The notes below the pieces were generated by a model. That model made no database searches. It had not been told where the DNA came from and worked only from the letters and a program-made list of their open reading frames with translations. DNA of 64,000 nt, taken from positions 320,001-384,000 of the forward strand of contig JBKAGE010000036.1 in assembly GCA_046290225.1 (NCBI GenBank), in the 5' to 3' direction. Position 1 is the stretch's first letter. Each line of letters starts with the position of its first letter. The translations under genes and the position numbers were made by a program. The DNA comes from Bradymonadia bacterium. Lineage in GTDB: Bacteria > Myxococcota_A > Bradymonadia > UBA7976 > UBA1532. Shown one piece after another: positions 1 to 9,068 of this stretch.

Positions 1-131
1 AGAGGCGCTCGATCGGCGCCTTCGTGCCGCGCAGTGATGTCGAGGCTGAGGGTGAGGCTGGCCTCCTGCTCGGAGAGCGTGATCGCAGGTGGATCAACCC
101 GCGCGTCGATGCTGATCTCAACAGCGCTCAC
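1..131 (-). CDS. 5' part of a gene running off the left edge; possibly a vWA-domain protein
   Basis: GTG at 131 overlaps the TGA of the upstream CDS (GTGA). The frame is open to the edge: MSAVEISIDARVDPPAITLSEQEASLTLSLDITARHEGADRAP. The vWA call is only an inference from this beta-rich leader ending in RAP. Confidence 0.6.
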   Translation of the reverse strand, partial: MSAVEISIDARVDPPAITLSEQEASLTLSLDITARHEGADRAP

Positions 132-2095
132 TTGCCACGCCCCTTCCTCGGAATGCTCAAAGGCGTCGCGTCCCCCATGGGCAGAGGCGAGCCAAAGGAG
201 AGCACCACACAGCTGATGTTGTCGCCCCCTGCACCGCGGTTGGCGAGGACCATCAACTCAAAGGCTGCCCATGTGGCTCCGGGGGCCGACTCCACGATTT
301 GCCTCATACGATCTTCTGCATCCTCTTCGTCGAGGCCTGCGTAGTCTGGGATGCCGTCGGAGCACAAGACGATGGTGTCGCCCGGCAACACCCTCAGCTC
401 CCGAAAGTCGGGCTGGAGCGGCACCGGCACAAGTCGATCGCGATCGTTCTTCTCGAACTCGCCGACACACCGCACCAGGGCTCCGCCCCCGGCGACCTGA
501 CGCACCGTGGAGGGGGTGCGGCCGAACCTCAACAGCTGGGTGGCCAGATCGTGATCAGCCATCAGAGATGTGATGTGGCCATCGCGAATGAGGTAGATGC
601 GGCTATCGCCGATGGACATCAGGGTCACCGCGTTGCCGTCCACCAGAGCAGCGACAGCCGTTGAGGCCATGATGCCCATGGGCTGAGCAGGGAACGTGGG
701 CATGTCCTGGTGCACCCGCTCACCGATGCGGGCGTTGGCCTGATCGAGCATCTGGCGCATGATGGCCCGGCGGCCCTTGGGGTTGAGCGGCAACCCCGGA
801 CGACTGTAAGGCCCCGGCTCGAAGATGAGGCCCGTGGACTCTACGTTCTCGCGATCGGCAGCCTTGGGCGACTCTACCCGGCCACTTCTCAGGCGGCTCC
901 AGAGGTTGAACGCCTCTTCTCGAACGCAGGCACTCGCCAAATCTCCAGTGCCGTACTCCGAGATGCTCACCCCATCAGCGATCAGGAACAGGCCCACACC
1001 CGTGAGGTGGTCCCATGCGAGGAACATGTCGTCCTGATTCTGGGGGTTGTACTGCCCTTTGAGCACGCCGATGTGCAGCTCGTGTCCGATCTCGAGCTTG
1101 AGCCTCTGGAACGGCAGCGTGCTCCGCTTCTCTTCTTGATGGAGTGCCCAGGCCAGCGCGGTACGCAAGGCAAGAGCGTCGGGATACCGCCTGCTGGGCA
1201 CCGGCGAGGTGGCTCTGCGAATCACCGCCACCAGGTCAGGTGAAACATCGAGGCGATAGATGTTCGGGTTGGGCAGACGCTCGCTTGGCCAGACCGTCTC
1301 CTCGAAACGCTCCACACCGGTGACGAGGTAGTACAGCACCATGCCGGCGAAGAAGACATCGGTGGCCGGCGTGATCACGCCGCCACAGTGTCCGACGACC
1401 TCAGGTGCCGAGAAGCCGGGGCTCACGGGCTGGGCCTCAGGGTGAAAGGGGCCATCAGCGATGTCGAGGGGTACAGGGATGTCGAGGAGGACGCATCGAT
1501 CCTGAGGGGTGATCAATACTTCGTCGGGATCGACAGCGCCGAGGAACAACCCCTGATCGTGCAGCTGAGCGAGGAAGTTGATGACTGGCAGGGCCCATGT
1601 ACGTACAGCCTGGGCATAGACCACAGCGTCGCTGGACTCGGACATCCGCTCGATGGCCTCACCGAGCAGCGTGCCTTCAGGCAGCGCGGTGACGACGCAT
1701 CTGCAGTCCGCCCAGTCTGCCACCCACGCTGGGCTCAAGGCAGCATCACCGAGGAGCGCCCGGGCTTCCGCTCGCCTTCGCCGGAGCGCTTGCACTGCAT
1801 CGGCTGCGGTGATCACGACTTCGTAGCGACGGCCTTCCTGACCGTCAGCGAGGAAGCGGCGCTCCTCCGAGCCATGTTTCAAGGCGCGCTTGAGGGTGAT
1901 GCTCTCGCGGCCCCCTTCGATGATCTCACCGACGCCGGGCCAGCTGCGGGTGCTTTCTTCAGGGGGCGCAGCCCGCAGGCCACAATAACCACACCATGCA
2001 CCGCTCACAGGGTGGCCACAGCCTCGGCACTCGCTGGCAGGGGCCATGTGCTTCTTCTCGCCATCCTTCACTGGATGGTCCACTTCCTGGGTCAA
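128..2095 (-). CDS. Zn-ribbon + degenerate Ser/Thr kinase-like domain + PP2C (PPM) phosphatase fusion
   Basis: N-terminal CRGC..WCGYCG. Kinase C-lobe motifs GFSAPE and TDVFFAGMVLYYLVTG. PP2C motifs NQDD, IADGVS, IGDSRIY, CSDGI and GGDNIS. Confidence 0.88.
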   Translation of the reverse strand: MTQEVDHPVKDGEKKHMAPASECRGCGHPVSGAWCGYCGLRAAPPEESTRSWPGVGEIIEGGRESITLKRALKHGSEERRFLADGQEGRRYEVVITAADAVQALRRRRAEARALLGDAALSPAWVADWADCRCVVTALPEGTLLGEAIERMSESSDAVVYAQAVRTWALPVINFLAQLHDQGLFLGAVDPDEVLITPQDRCVLLDIPVPLDIADGPFHPEAQPVSPGFSAPEVVGHCGGVITPATDVFFAGMVLYYLVTGVERFEETVWPSERLPNPNIYRLDVSPDLVAVIRRATSPVPSRRYPDALALRTALAWALHQEEKRSTLPFQRLKLEIGHELHIGVLKGQYNPQNQDDMFLAWDHLTGVGLFLIADGVSISEYGTGDLASACVREEAFNLWSRLRSGRVESPKAADRENVESTGLIFEPGPYSRPGLPLNPKGRRAIMRQMLDQANARIGERVHQDMPTFPAQPMGIMASTAVAALVDGNAVTLMSIGDSRIYLIRDGHITSLMADHDLATQLLRFGRTPSTVRQVAGGGALVRCVGEFEKNDRDRLVPVPLQPDFRELRVLPGDTIVLCSDGIPDYAGLDEEDAEDRMRQIVESAPGATWAAFELMVLANRGAGGDNISCVVLSFGSPLPMGDATPLSIPRKGRGK

Positions 2096-2195
2096 GATGA
2101 CTCCCTCAGTCTGCCATCAGAGAGGGCACAATATGACAAGGTGTCGGGGGGGGCAATGTCGACAGGATGACGCCGTTTTCTGAGTTCAACTGTTT

Positions 2196-2867
2196 TTAGA
2201 GCTCAACGAAGACGACTCGGGAACGCTGGAGGTGTTCGCCCGCCATGTTGTATGCGCGGATCATGAAGCCGTATCGCTCGCCGATCTCAAGTTCGACCTC
2301 AAAGCTGGGTGTCTTGATGTTTTCCCACGACTCTTCGTCGGAGGGCACCTGAGCACCCTCGGGCCAGGTCTGGCTGATGACGGTGTAGCGATCAGCGCCG
2401 GCGAGGGCATCCCACTCGAGGCGCACCGTCTTTTCGTCGAGCACGTCGATCCGCAGACCGAGCACCGGCCGGAAACCGGTCTCACGAGAGCAGACATTGC
2501 ACAGCTCGATGCCAGGCAGGTGGCGCTCGTCTTCATAGCTCTGCCGCTCTTCGCACACGGAGAGACAGATCGGATCAGCACCACACCGGGCCTCGCAGAC
2601 ATCGGCCTCGGGCTCGTCCCGATCGAAGATGGCCACTTGATGTACTGCGCCACGACGAGGCACGCCGATGACCTCCAGCGCAGTCTCGGGGAGCTCGGCC
2701 CGGGCCTGGATCCCCCGAAGTCGTTTTGGGGTCCACGTGGCCTCAGAGGCAGTAGATTCCACGACAGCGCGGTCATCCTGGCCATCGATGTCACCTTGCA
2801 CCCCACACCCGGCGACGCCGAAGGCGGAGATGAGGCACAACAGGGAGACGCTCAAAAGCTTACGCAT
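2196..2867 (-). CDS. Lipoprotein with a Cys-rich segment and a C-terminal FN3-like domain
   Basis: ATG at 2867 lies just after the upstream stop (2872). Signal peptide with lipobox VAGC. CEARC..CLSVC and CNVC. FN3-like pattern VRLEWD..ADRYTV..YGFMIRAYN. Confidence 0.7.
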   Translation of the reverse strand: MRKLLSVSLLCLISAFGVAGCGVQGDIDGQDDRAVVESTASEATWTPKRLRGIQARAELPETALEVIGVPRRGAVHQVAIFDRDEPEADVCEARCGADPICLSVCEERQSYEDERHLPGIELCNVCSRETGFRPVLGLRIDVLDEKTVRLEWDALAGADRYTVISQTWPEGAQVPSDEESWENIKTPSFEVELEIGERYGFMIRAYNMAGEHLQRSRVVFVEL

Positions 2868-2871
2868 GGCT

Positions 2872-3645
2872 TCAGTCCTCCTCATCGCGCAGGCAGCTGC
2901 CGGTGTAGAGCCCATACACTCGGGACTCATCGGCCTCTTCAGCGGCTTCCTCAAGCTCGTGCACCCGAGCGCGGATGAAGTCGAGCAGCTCTTCCCGGAA
3001 TGCCCGAGCATCTTCAGGTCGGGCCTTGAAGGCAAAGGTGCGGGCCGCAGCCTCGTCGGGCTCGTCGCCGATGAACCGCTGGAGGATCGTCTCGGTGAGC
3101 ACCTCGAGGTGCTCGCTCAAACCATCGATGCGGGCTTCCCAGTTGGCGTCGCAGTAGAGGTTCCGGTGACCTGGGACGAGGCGGTAACGCACTTTACGGC
3201 CGGGGGTCCGCTCGTCTTCTTCGATCCGCCCCTCTTGCAGCAAGGTGCGCACCGCCAGCCGGGTGCTGTCGAACTCGTTGCTGTGGGGCAGACGCTCTGC
3301 GAGCTCGTCGATGGACATGGGCCGCTGGCTCAACATGTCTTCGATGCGACGGGTGAGGTTGGTCTCGGTCTCCTCGAAGAACCCGCCTTTGTTGAACCGT
3401 GCAGAGAGCGCTTTGATGGTGCGGGTGGACTTCCCGAAGATGAGAGAGATGACGTTGATGGTGGAGTGCTTGCGCTTGGCCTCTCGCCAGAGGGCGAGCG
3501 TCATCATGTCTTTGACGGTATCGAGCGGGTAGTTGAACTTCGCCGCTGTCTTCACCGCGGGGTAGAACATGGTGAACAGCATGCGCAACACATACTCGGA
3601 ATAAGGGATTGTACCCTCTGTCGTGTCTTTGGCCTGTGACTCCAT
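2872..3645 (-). CDS. Putative HTH regulator, DUF6502-like
   Basis: ATG at 3645 has a GAGG RBS. Two HTH-like segments (INVISLIFGKSTRTIKAL; MSIDELAERL..LLQEGRI). The N-terminus and the C-terminal RVYGLY resemble DUF6502 from memory. Confidence 0.6.
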   Translation of the reverse strand: MESQAKDTTEGTIPYSEYVLRMLFTMFYPAVKTAAKFNYPLDTVKDMMTLALWREAKRKHSTINVISLIFGKSTRTIKALSARFNKGGFFEETETNLTRRIEDMLSQRPMSIDELAERLPHSNEFDSTRLAVRTLLQEGRIEEDERTPGRKVRYRLVPGHRNLYCDANWEARIDGLSEHLEVLTETILQRFIGDEPDEAAARTFAFKARPEDARAFREELLDFIRARVHELEEAAEEADESRVYGLYTGSCLRDEED

Positions 3646-3949
3646 GCGTCCTCTCTGTCGATCCACTCTGGCGGTCTTCTCTCGCGGCGTTCTGCAACCT
3701 GATGAGGAGTTTAATGTGTCAGTACGGCAACATGCCAGTCTCAAGGGCACATTGCGATAAATTGGCCCTCGACTGATCCCCATGTTACCTCAAGGTGCAG
3801 GTGGAGACGCCGACACCAAACGCCTGAGTTCAGTGTCTGTACCCCTGTTGCCCTGAGCGCCCCTCGCCTCGACCAGTCAGTGTCGAACACGAGACCGGGC
3901 ATTGACCGATCACCCAGAGATACCCCCGGTACATGGCCCTCCTATTCAA

Positions 3950-4924
3950 ATGAGGGCACAAATGAATACGATGGCTGTAGGTTCACCCCGTTTATTTACT
4001 GGAGAGGATGTCGCTCGTCTGTGTGGCGCCAGCCCTCAGCATGTGGCTCGGTGGACCCACATGGGCCTCTTGATTCCCCGCGCGCCGGGGTGTCATCGGT
4101 TTGCATTCCGAGATCTCATTTCCGCCCGCACCGTGGTGGCTCTCATCGCCGAAGGGGTCTCTGCTCTGCGAATCAGCCAGGCGGTCATGGCTCTTCGGCG
4201 ACTCAATCCCGAGATCCGCGAGCCCCTGGCCACCTGCTCTGTCTTTGCATTTGCCGGCCGGATGGTGGTGGCCCTCGACGGGGTGATGCTCGATCCCATC
4301 GATGGGCAATTGCTCCTCGTCGATGTCGTCGGGCCCATGAAGTCGGTTCGCCCGGCCCATGCCGGCCGCGTACTCGCCGCAGAGGGTTGGCGCGCAGGCC
4401 ACCCCTGGCATCATCGGCGAGGCTGGACTGCCGATCAGTGGTGTCAGGCGGGCCGCTCCGCCCGTGCCGACGGTGTACCTCTGGCTGAAGTCGAAGCGCT
4501 GTATCAAAAAGCCCTGCGCGTCGATCCAGATCACCTCGAAGGGCTCACGGAGTTGGGCCACCTGCACTATGAGCAGGGGAGCTACCGCCGAGCGGTGGCA
4601 TGCTACCGACGCGTCGTCAGGCGAGATGCCATGTGGGCCGAGGGACACTACAACCTCGCCAATGCCCTCGACGCCCTCGGGCAATGGCCCCGAGCCCGTG
4701 ACGCCCACCGGCGAGCCCTTGCTCTGCAGGCCCACTTCGTCGGCGCCCACTTCAACCTCGCTCTGGTCCTCGAGAAGATGGAGGACCGCCTCACCGCGGC
4801 CGTTCACTGGCGTCGCGTCATCGACCTCGAGCCCGAGGGGGTGGAGGCAGCCATCGCCTGGGGCTTCTTGAGCGATCGCGGACCCAACCCCCGACTCCCC
4901 CTGGTGGCAGGCCACCGCCCCTGA
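3950..4924 (+). CDS. MerR-type HTH + TPR protein
   Basis: FTGEDVARLCGASPQHVARWTHMGLL..RFAFRDL is a MerR-like HTH. About four TPRs follow (GHYNLANALDALG, AHFNLALVLEKM). Start uncertain (3950 or 3962). Confidence 0.8.
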   Translation: MRAQMNTMAVGSPRLFTGEDVARLCGASPQHVARWTHMGLLIPRAPGCHRFAFRDLISARTVVALIAEGVSALRISQAVMALRRLNPEIREPLATCSVFAFAGRMVVALDGVMLDPIDGQLLLVDVVGPMKSVRPAHAGRVLAAEGWRAGHPWHHRRGWTADQWCQAGRSARADGVPLAEVEALYQKALRVDPDHLEGLTELGHLHYEQGSYRRAVACYRRVVRRDAMWAEGHYNLANALDALGQWPRARDAHRRALALQAHFVGAHFNLALVLEKMEDRLTAAVHWRRVIDLEPEGVEAAIAWGFLSDRGPNPRLPLVAGHRP

Positions 4925-4989
4925 AGCAGCGGTCGATTGCCCTGGCAGGGCTACCCCTCCCCGTGATAGCAACAGACACTCACATGTAG

Positions 4990-7900
4990 ATGGAGACGTG
5001 CACCTTCATCGATGTGAGCCGCGCAACGAAACGTGAGCGAGTCGGAGTGTCCGAATCCAGCTTCATCGGCATCACCATCGCCCAGCGCTACCGGGTCGAG
5101 CGGAAGCTCGGCCAGGGTCCTGTGGGCACCTTGTATGCCGGCCGCCATCTCGACACCGATCAACAGGTGGCGATCAAAATTCTCAACCCGGACTTTGTCC
5201 CAGGTACACCTGAGGTCGATGCCGCCCTCGCCGATGGGCGAACAGCCTCCGAGCTGGCGCACCCTCACCTCGTGCCCATGCTCGATCAGGGCGTACACGA
5301 GTCCCGCTTCGTGTACATCGTCGAGCCCCTGCTCGAGGGTCAGTCTCTCGCTGATCAGCTCGGTGATGGACCACTCCCGGTCGAAGACGTAGTGCGTATG
5401 GGGCGTGGGGTGCTTCGTGGCATCGGCGGTCTGCACGATGCGGGTTTGACGCACCTCGACCTCAAGCCATCGAACATCTTCCTCATCGACGAGGGCGACG
5501 GTCGGCAACGCCCGGTGGTGAGTGGCGTGGGCATCGCCCACCTGCTCCGCCTCGATGATGCCCGGAAGGGGGCTCGGGGCCGATGCCTCGCTCGGCCTGA
5601 GTACCTGGCCCCAGAGTGCATCAAACGCGGTGGCCAGCCCGACGCGCGCAGCGACATCTATGCCTTTGGCGTGTTGATGTACGAGGCCCTCACGGGCCGT
5701 CCGCCTTTCACGGGCAACAACTTCTCCAGCACCGCCAAGCGCCATGTGTACGAGAAGCCCTTGAGCGTGCGTCTGGTCCGCCCTCAATCGGGGATCCCCG
5801 AGAACCTCGACGCGTTGGTCATGCAGTGCCTCGGCAAGGCCTTCAAGGATCGCTTCGAGACCGTCGCCGCGGTGGCCAGGGCATTGTACCAGCTGGTCGA
5901 ATCAGGCCTTGGCGGTGATGCCCTCAGGGCAGAGCCCTCTTTTGCAGGCCCTCCCCCGCTGGCGCTGATCGCCGCCGGCGCCACGCTCCTCGACCATCCT
6001 GCAGTGCCCACACCAGAGGAAGACGCTGGAGACGTTGAGCAAGGTGGGGAAGCGCCAGTCTCTGCAGACGGTGCGCCTACAGTGCTCGATGTGCCTGCAG
6101 TGAGCCTCCCCGCAGCAGAGCTGGAGGATACTGCAGAGCCTGAAGAGGCCGTGAAGCCTGAAGAGGCAGCAGAGCCAGAGGCTGACGCAGAAGAAGACAC
6201 CTCTACGGAAGTGGCTGAGACTGCAAAGTCGCCTGAACCAGAGTCGCCTGAGCCAGAATCGCCTGAGCCAGAATCGCCTGCAGACAAGACTTCTGAGCAG
6301 GCTGAGGATGCTGAAGCCTCCACCGACGAGTCCGAGAGTGGCGTGCCCGACACGGCTGTTTCGGCGTCAGAGGTCGATGAAGACGAGGTCACAGAAGACG
6401 AGGTCAATGACTCGGAGGCTGCCGGCTCTGAAACCCATGAGCCAGACCCTCAACAGGGAGACACACAGACTCAGGCAGAGCAGGCGCCAGAGAGTACCGA
6501 CGAGCCTGCCGCGGCAACCATCGGAGCAGCTGCCGACACAGCGCCCGCAGAGGACGACACTTCAGAAGACGCCGAGGCAGCTTCTCCTGCGACCGAAGAC
6601 AGCCCTTCTGAAAACGAGACAGCAGCCTCTGAAGACGAGCCCAGTGAAGAGGGGCTCACTCAAGAGGTCGCAGCAGCCAGTCCTGAAGAAGGCTCGGAGG
6701 CCGCTGAGGATGCGCCCTCCGCACAAGAAGCATCTGCTGATTCGAAGAGTGCACCCAACGCTTCAGACACAGAGTCCGGCTCGGAGACACCCGAGGCCAG
6801 CACTTCGACAACCGAATCAGATGCAGACTCTGCATCTTCTGCCGAGCCAAGTGCCGAACCGGACACTGATGGTGATCCCGAAGAGCCCGCTGTAGTCGCA
6901 GCGGAGTCGCCCGAGAAGGCCGAAGCGGAGGCATACACCGAAGCGTCCGGACCTGCAGAGCAGACCGCTCAGTCCAACACCTCGCAGGGGCAGAGCAACC
7001 GGGGCAAGCGCAACAAGCGTGGCAAGAAGAAGAAGCGCGGCAAGCGGCGCTCCTCTCCTTCCCTGCCTGTTGTGCCTGCGGTCAAAGCCGACACTGCTCA
7101 AGAGGCAACAGCTCAGAAACAGGCCCAGGCCTCCACTGACGAGACAGTGGAAGAGCCCCAGCCAGCTCCAGAGAAGAAGGCTTCTGAAAAGTCAGGCCCA
7201 ACAAAGGCGGCCCCTACAAAGGCAGCTTCCAAGGACAAACAAGCTGCAGCGGCGCGACAGGCCACCGAGCCAGGCAAGGGTGACGAGACCAACCAGGAGA
7301 ACGGGATCCATAAGGCCAGCGAGTCTGGCGTGCATCTCGACACCTGGTTCGTCGATGGTGACAGCGTCGAGCAGCTCGAAGAGCAGCAATCGAAGCTCTC
7401 CGTGTACCAGGTGCCCGAGGAGAAGGAGCGCAGCTTCTTCCTCCCTGTCCTCCTCTCCGTCGCTGCGCTCGTGGGCGGGCTCATGCTGTACTTCTCCAGC
7501 AGCACACAGCCCTCCACCGATGCTCCAGACGCCGAGGCCACTGTCGCCGACCAGACACCCGAGCCCGTGAAGCCTCCAGGCGCCGACCCCAAACCCGAGG
7601 CCACACCTCCGAAACCTCCAGCAAACCCTGCTCTGCAGATCGAGCAAGCGGCGCGGCAGGCCTTCGAAGAGCAAAAGTGGTCCGGCAGTCAGGACGCCCT
7701 TGCTGAGCGCTTGCAGGCCCTACGCGCCTTGCAGCCCACCAACAAGGTGGCCAGCAGGCTGGAGAGTCGGGCCGTGAACCGTCTGCTCGCCGAGAGCGAC
7801 GACGCCCAGAAGAAGGGCGACTGGACACTCGCCGAGACCCACCTTCGCCATGCTGGGCTGATCTCGCCCAAGAACCCCCTGATCAGCACGGCTCAGGAGA

Positions 7901-8772
7901 ACCTGGCCAAAGCCCGCACGATGGCTTCGAAGAATGCAGCCCAAGCAGCTGAACAAGCCGCCGCCCAAGCAGCAGCAGAGAAGGCTGCTGCTGAGCAAGC
8001 CGCCGCGGAGAAAGCTGCTGCCGAAAAGGCAGCTGCGGACAAGGCTGCCGCTGAGAAGGCCGCTGCAGACAAAGCCGCCGCCGAAAAAGCTGCTGCCGAA
8101 AAAGCTGCCGCTGAGAAAGCTGCCGCTGAGAAAGCTGCCGCTGAGAAAGCTGCCGCAGCAAAGGCCGCTGCAGATAAAGCAGCCGCAGACAAAGCAGCCG
8201 CAGACAAAGCTGCTCAGCTCGCGGCCTCTCAGAAGGCCGCCCAAGCACAGGCCCTCAAAGACAAGCGTGCAGCTGAGAAGGCCGCGGCAGCACGTAAGCG
8301 CCGTGAGGCCGCAGAGGCGCGTAAGAAGCGAGAGGCAGAGGCCAAGGCAAAGCGAGACGCCGCCAAGGCTGCTGAGCGAAAGGCAGCCACCGAGCGTAAA
8401 GCGGAAGCCAAACGCCTCGTGGGTGTAGGCAAGGTCCACATCCGCAATGCCAAATGGTCCGAAGCGCGCAAGAGCTACTCAGCAGCGATCAAGCTCGACA
8501 AGAGCAACGCTGCTGCATATGCCGGGCTGGGCAAAGTGGCCTTCCAGGAGCAGAAGTTCTCCGAGTCGGTCCGCAACGCCGAGCGCAGCGTGAAGCTGTC
8601 TCCTCGCAACGCCGATTACCGCGTCAGCCTCGGCCTCGCGTACTTCAAACTCAAGAAGTTCGGTCAGGCCAAGAGCGCTTGGGAAAAGGCTCTCACGCTC
8701 TCACCGAGTGCCTCGACCAAGCAGACCGCCAACAAATATCTGAAGATTGTCGAGAAGCGCCTGAAGAACTGA
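4990..8772 (+). CDS. Membrane-spanning Ser/Thr kinase-like protein with acidic disordered linker, TM helix, TolA-like AAAEK repeats and C-terminal TPRs
   Basis: RYRVERKLGQGPVG, VAIKIL, HLDLKPSNIFL, PEYLAPE, SDIYAFGVLMYE. TM FFLPVLLSVAALVGGLMLYF. TPRs AYAGLGKVAF and YRVSLGLAYF. An alternative GTG start is at 5047. Confidence 0.9.
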   Translation: METCTFIDVSRATKRERVGVSESSFIGITIAQRYRVERKLGQGPVGTLYAGRHLDTDQQVAIKILNPDFVPGTPEVDAALADGRTASELAHPHLVPMLDQGVHESRFVYIVEPLLEGQSLADQLGDGPLPVEDVVRMGRGVLRGIGGLHDAGLTHLDLKPSNIFLIDEGDGRQRPVVSGVGIAHLLRLDDARKGARGRCLARPEYLAPECIKRGGQPDARSDIYAFGVLMYEALTGRPPFTGNNFSSTAKRHVYEKPLSVRLVRPQSGIPENLDALVMQCLGKAFKDRFETVAAVARALYQLVESGLGGDALRAEPSFAGPPPLALIAAGATLLDHPAVPTPEEDAGDVEQGGEAPVSADGAPTVLDVPAVSLPAAELEDTAEPEEAVKPEEAAEPEADAEEDTSTEVAETAKSPEPESPEPESPEPESPADKTSEQAEDAEASTDESESGVPDTAVSASEVDEDEVTEDEVNDSEAAGSETHEPDPQQGDTQTQAEQAPESTDEPAAATIGAAADTAPAEDDTSEDAEAASPATEDSPSENETAASEDEPSEEGLTQEVAAASPEEGSEAAEDAPSAQEASADSKSAPNASDTESGSETPEASTSTTESDADSASSAEPSAEPDTDGDPEEPAVVAAESPEKAEAEAYTEASGPAEQTAQSNTSQGQSNRGKRNKRGKKKKRGKRRSSPSLPVVPAVKADTAQEATAQKQAQASTDETVEEPQPAPEKKASEKSGPTKAAPTKAASKDKQAAAARQATEPGKGDETNQENGIHKASESGVHLDTWFVDGDSVEQLEEQQSKLSVYQVPEEKERSFFLPVLLSVAALVGGLMLYFSSSTQPSTDAPDAEATVADQTPEPVKPPGADPKPEATPPKPPANPALQIEQAARQAFEEQKWSGSQDALAERLQALRALQPTNKVASRLESRAVNRLLAESDDAQKKGDWTLAETHLRHAGLISPKNPLISTAQENLAKARTMASKNAAQAAEQAAAQAAAEKAAAEQAAAEKAAAEKAAADKAAAEKAAADKAAAEKAAAEKAAAEKAAAEKAAAEKAAAAKAAADKAAADKAAADKAAQLAASQKAAQAQALKDKRAAEKAAAARKRREAAEARKKREAEAKAKRDAAKAAERKAATERKAEAKRLVGVGKVHIRNAKWSEARKSYSAAIKLDKSNAAAYAGLGKVAFQEQKFSESVRNAERSVKLSPRNADYRVSLGLAYFKLKKFGQAKSAWEKALTLSPSASTKQTANKYLKIVEKRLKN
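6229..6279 (+). repeat. Coding 15-bp tandem repeat (SPEPE x3)
   Basis: tcgcctgaaccagag / tcgcctgagccagaa / tcgcctgagccagaa / tcgcct. Confidence 0.85.
7969..8208 (+). repeat. Coding 15-bp repeat, 16 units of AAA(E/D/A)(K/Q)
   Basis: Read from the translation; synonymous variation between units, with three identical gctgccgctgagaaa units in a row. Confidence 0.9.
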
Positions 8773-8881
8773 TCAGATCTTCTCTGGCAACATCTGCCAT
8801 CTCACCCGACACACAACAGGAAAATTTCGGTGACACGGCAGTGAGTACGCCACCCGCTGCGCCCGAAATAGATACTGCCTT

Positions 8882-9064
8882 CTACAGGCTGAAGTCTCTC
8901 TTCAGCTACAGAAGTCTCTCTTCAGCTACAGGCGCGTCAGCGCCGTCCGCTACAGCTCTCGCCTTCGGCGAGGCGTCCGCTACAGGCTGTCGCCAAAGGC
9001 GATGACCGTCCGCTACAGACGGCGCGCAGCGCGGTCGTCCGCTCAGGTGGCCCGAAGGGCGGCC
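8882..9064. repeat. Intergenic array: conserved (CGTCCG)CTACAG motif alternating with variable hairpins (REP/GTAG-like)
   Basis: CTACAG at 8882, 8906, 8926, 8950, 8980 and 9013. CGTCCGCTACAG at 8944, 8974 and 9007, with degenerate CGTCCGCTCAG at 9036. Every interval is palindromic. Confidence 0.85.
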
Positions 9065-9068
9065 GCTC

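Noticed and set aside
8454..9005. 183-aa + strand ORF running into the hairpin array
   Set aside because: It overlaps the kinase gene out of frame and has no recognisable protein features.
8882..9064. CRISPR array
   Set aside because: The repeat is only 6-12 bp, the intervals are short and palindromic, and no cas genes are in the window.
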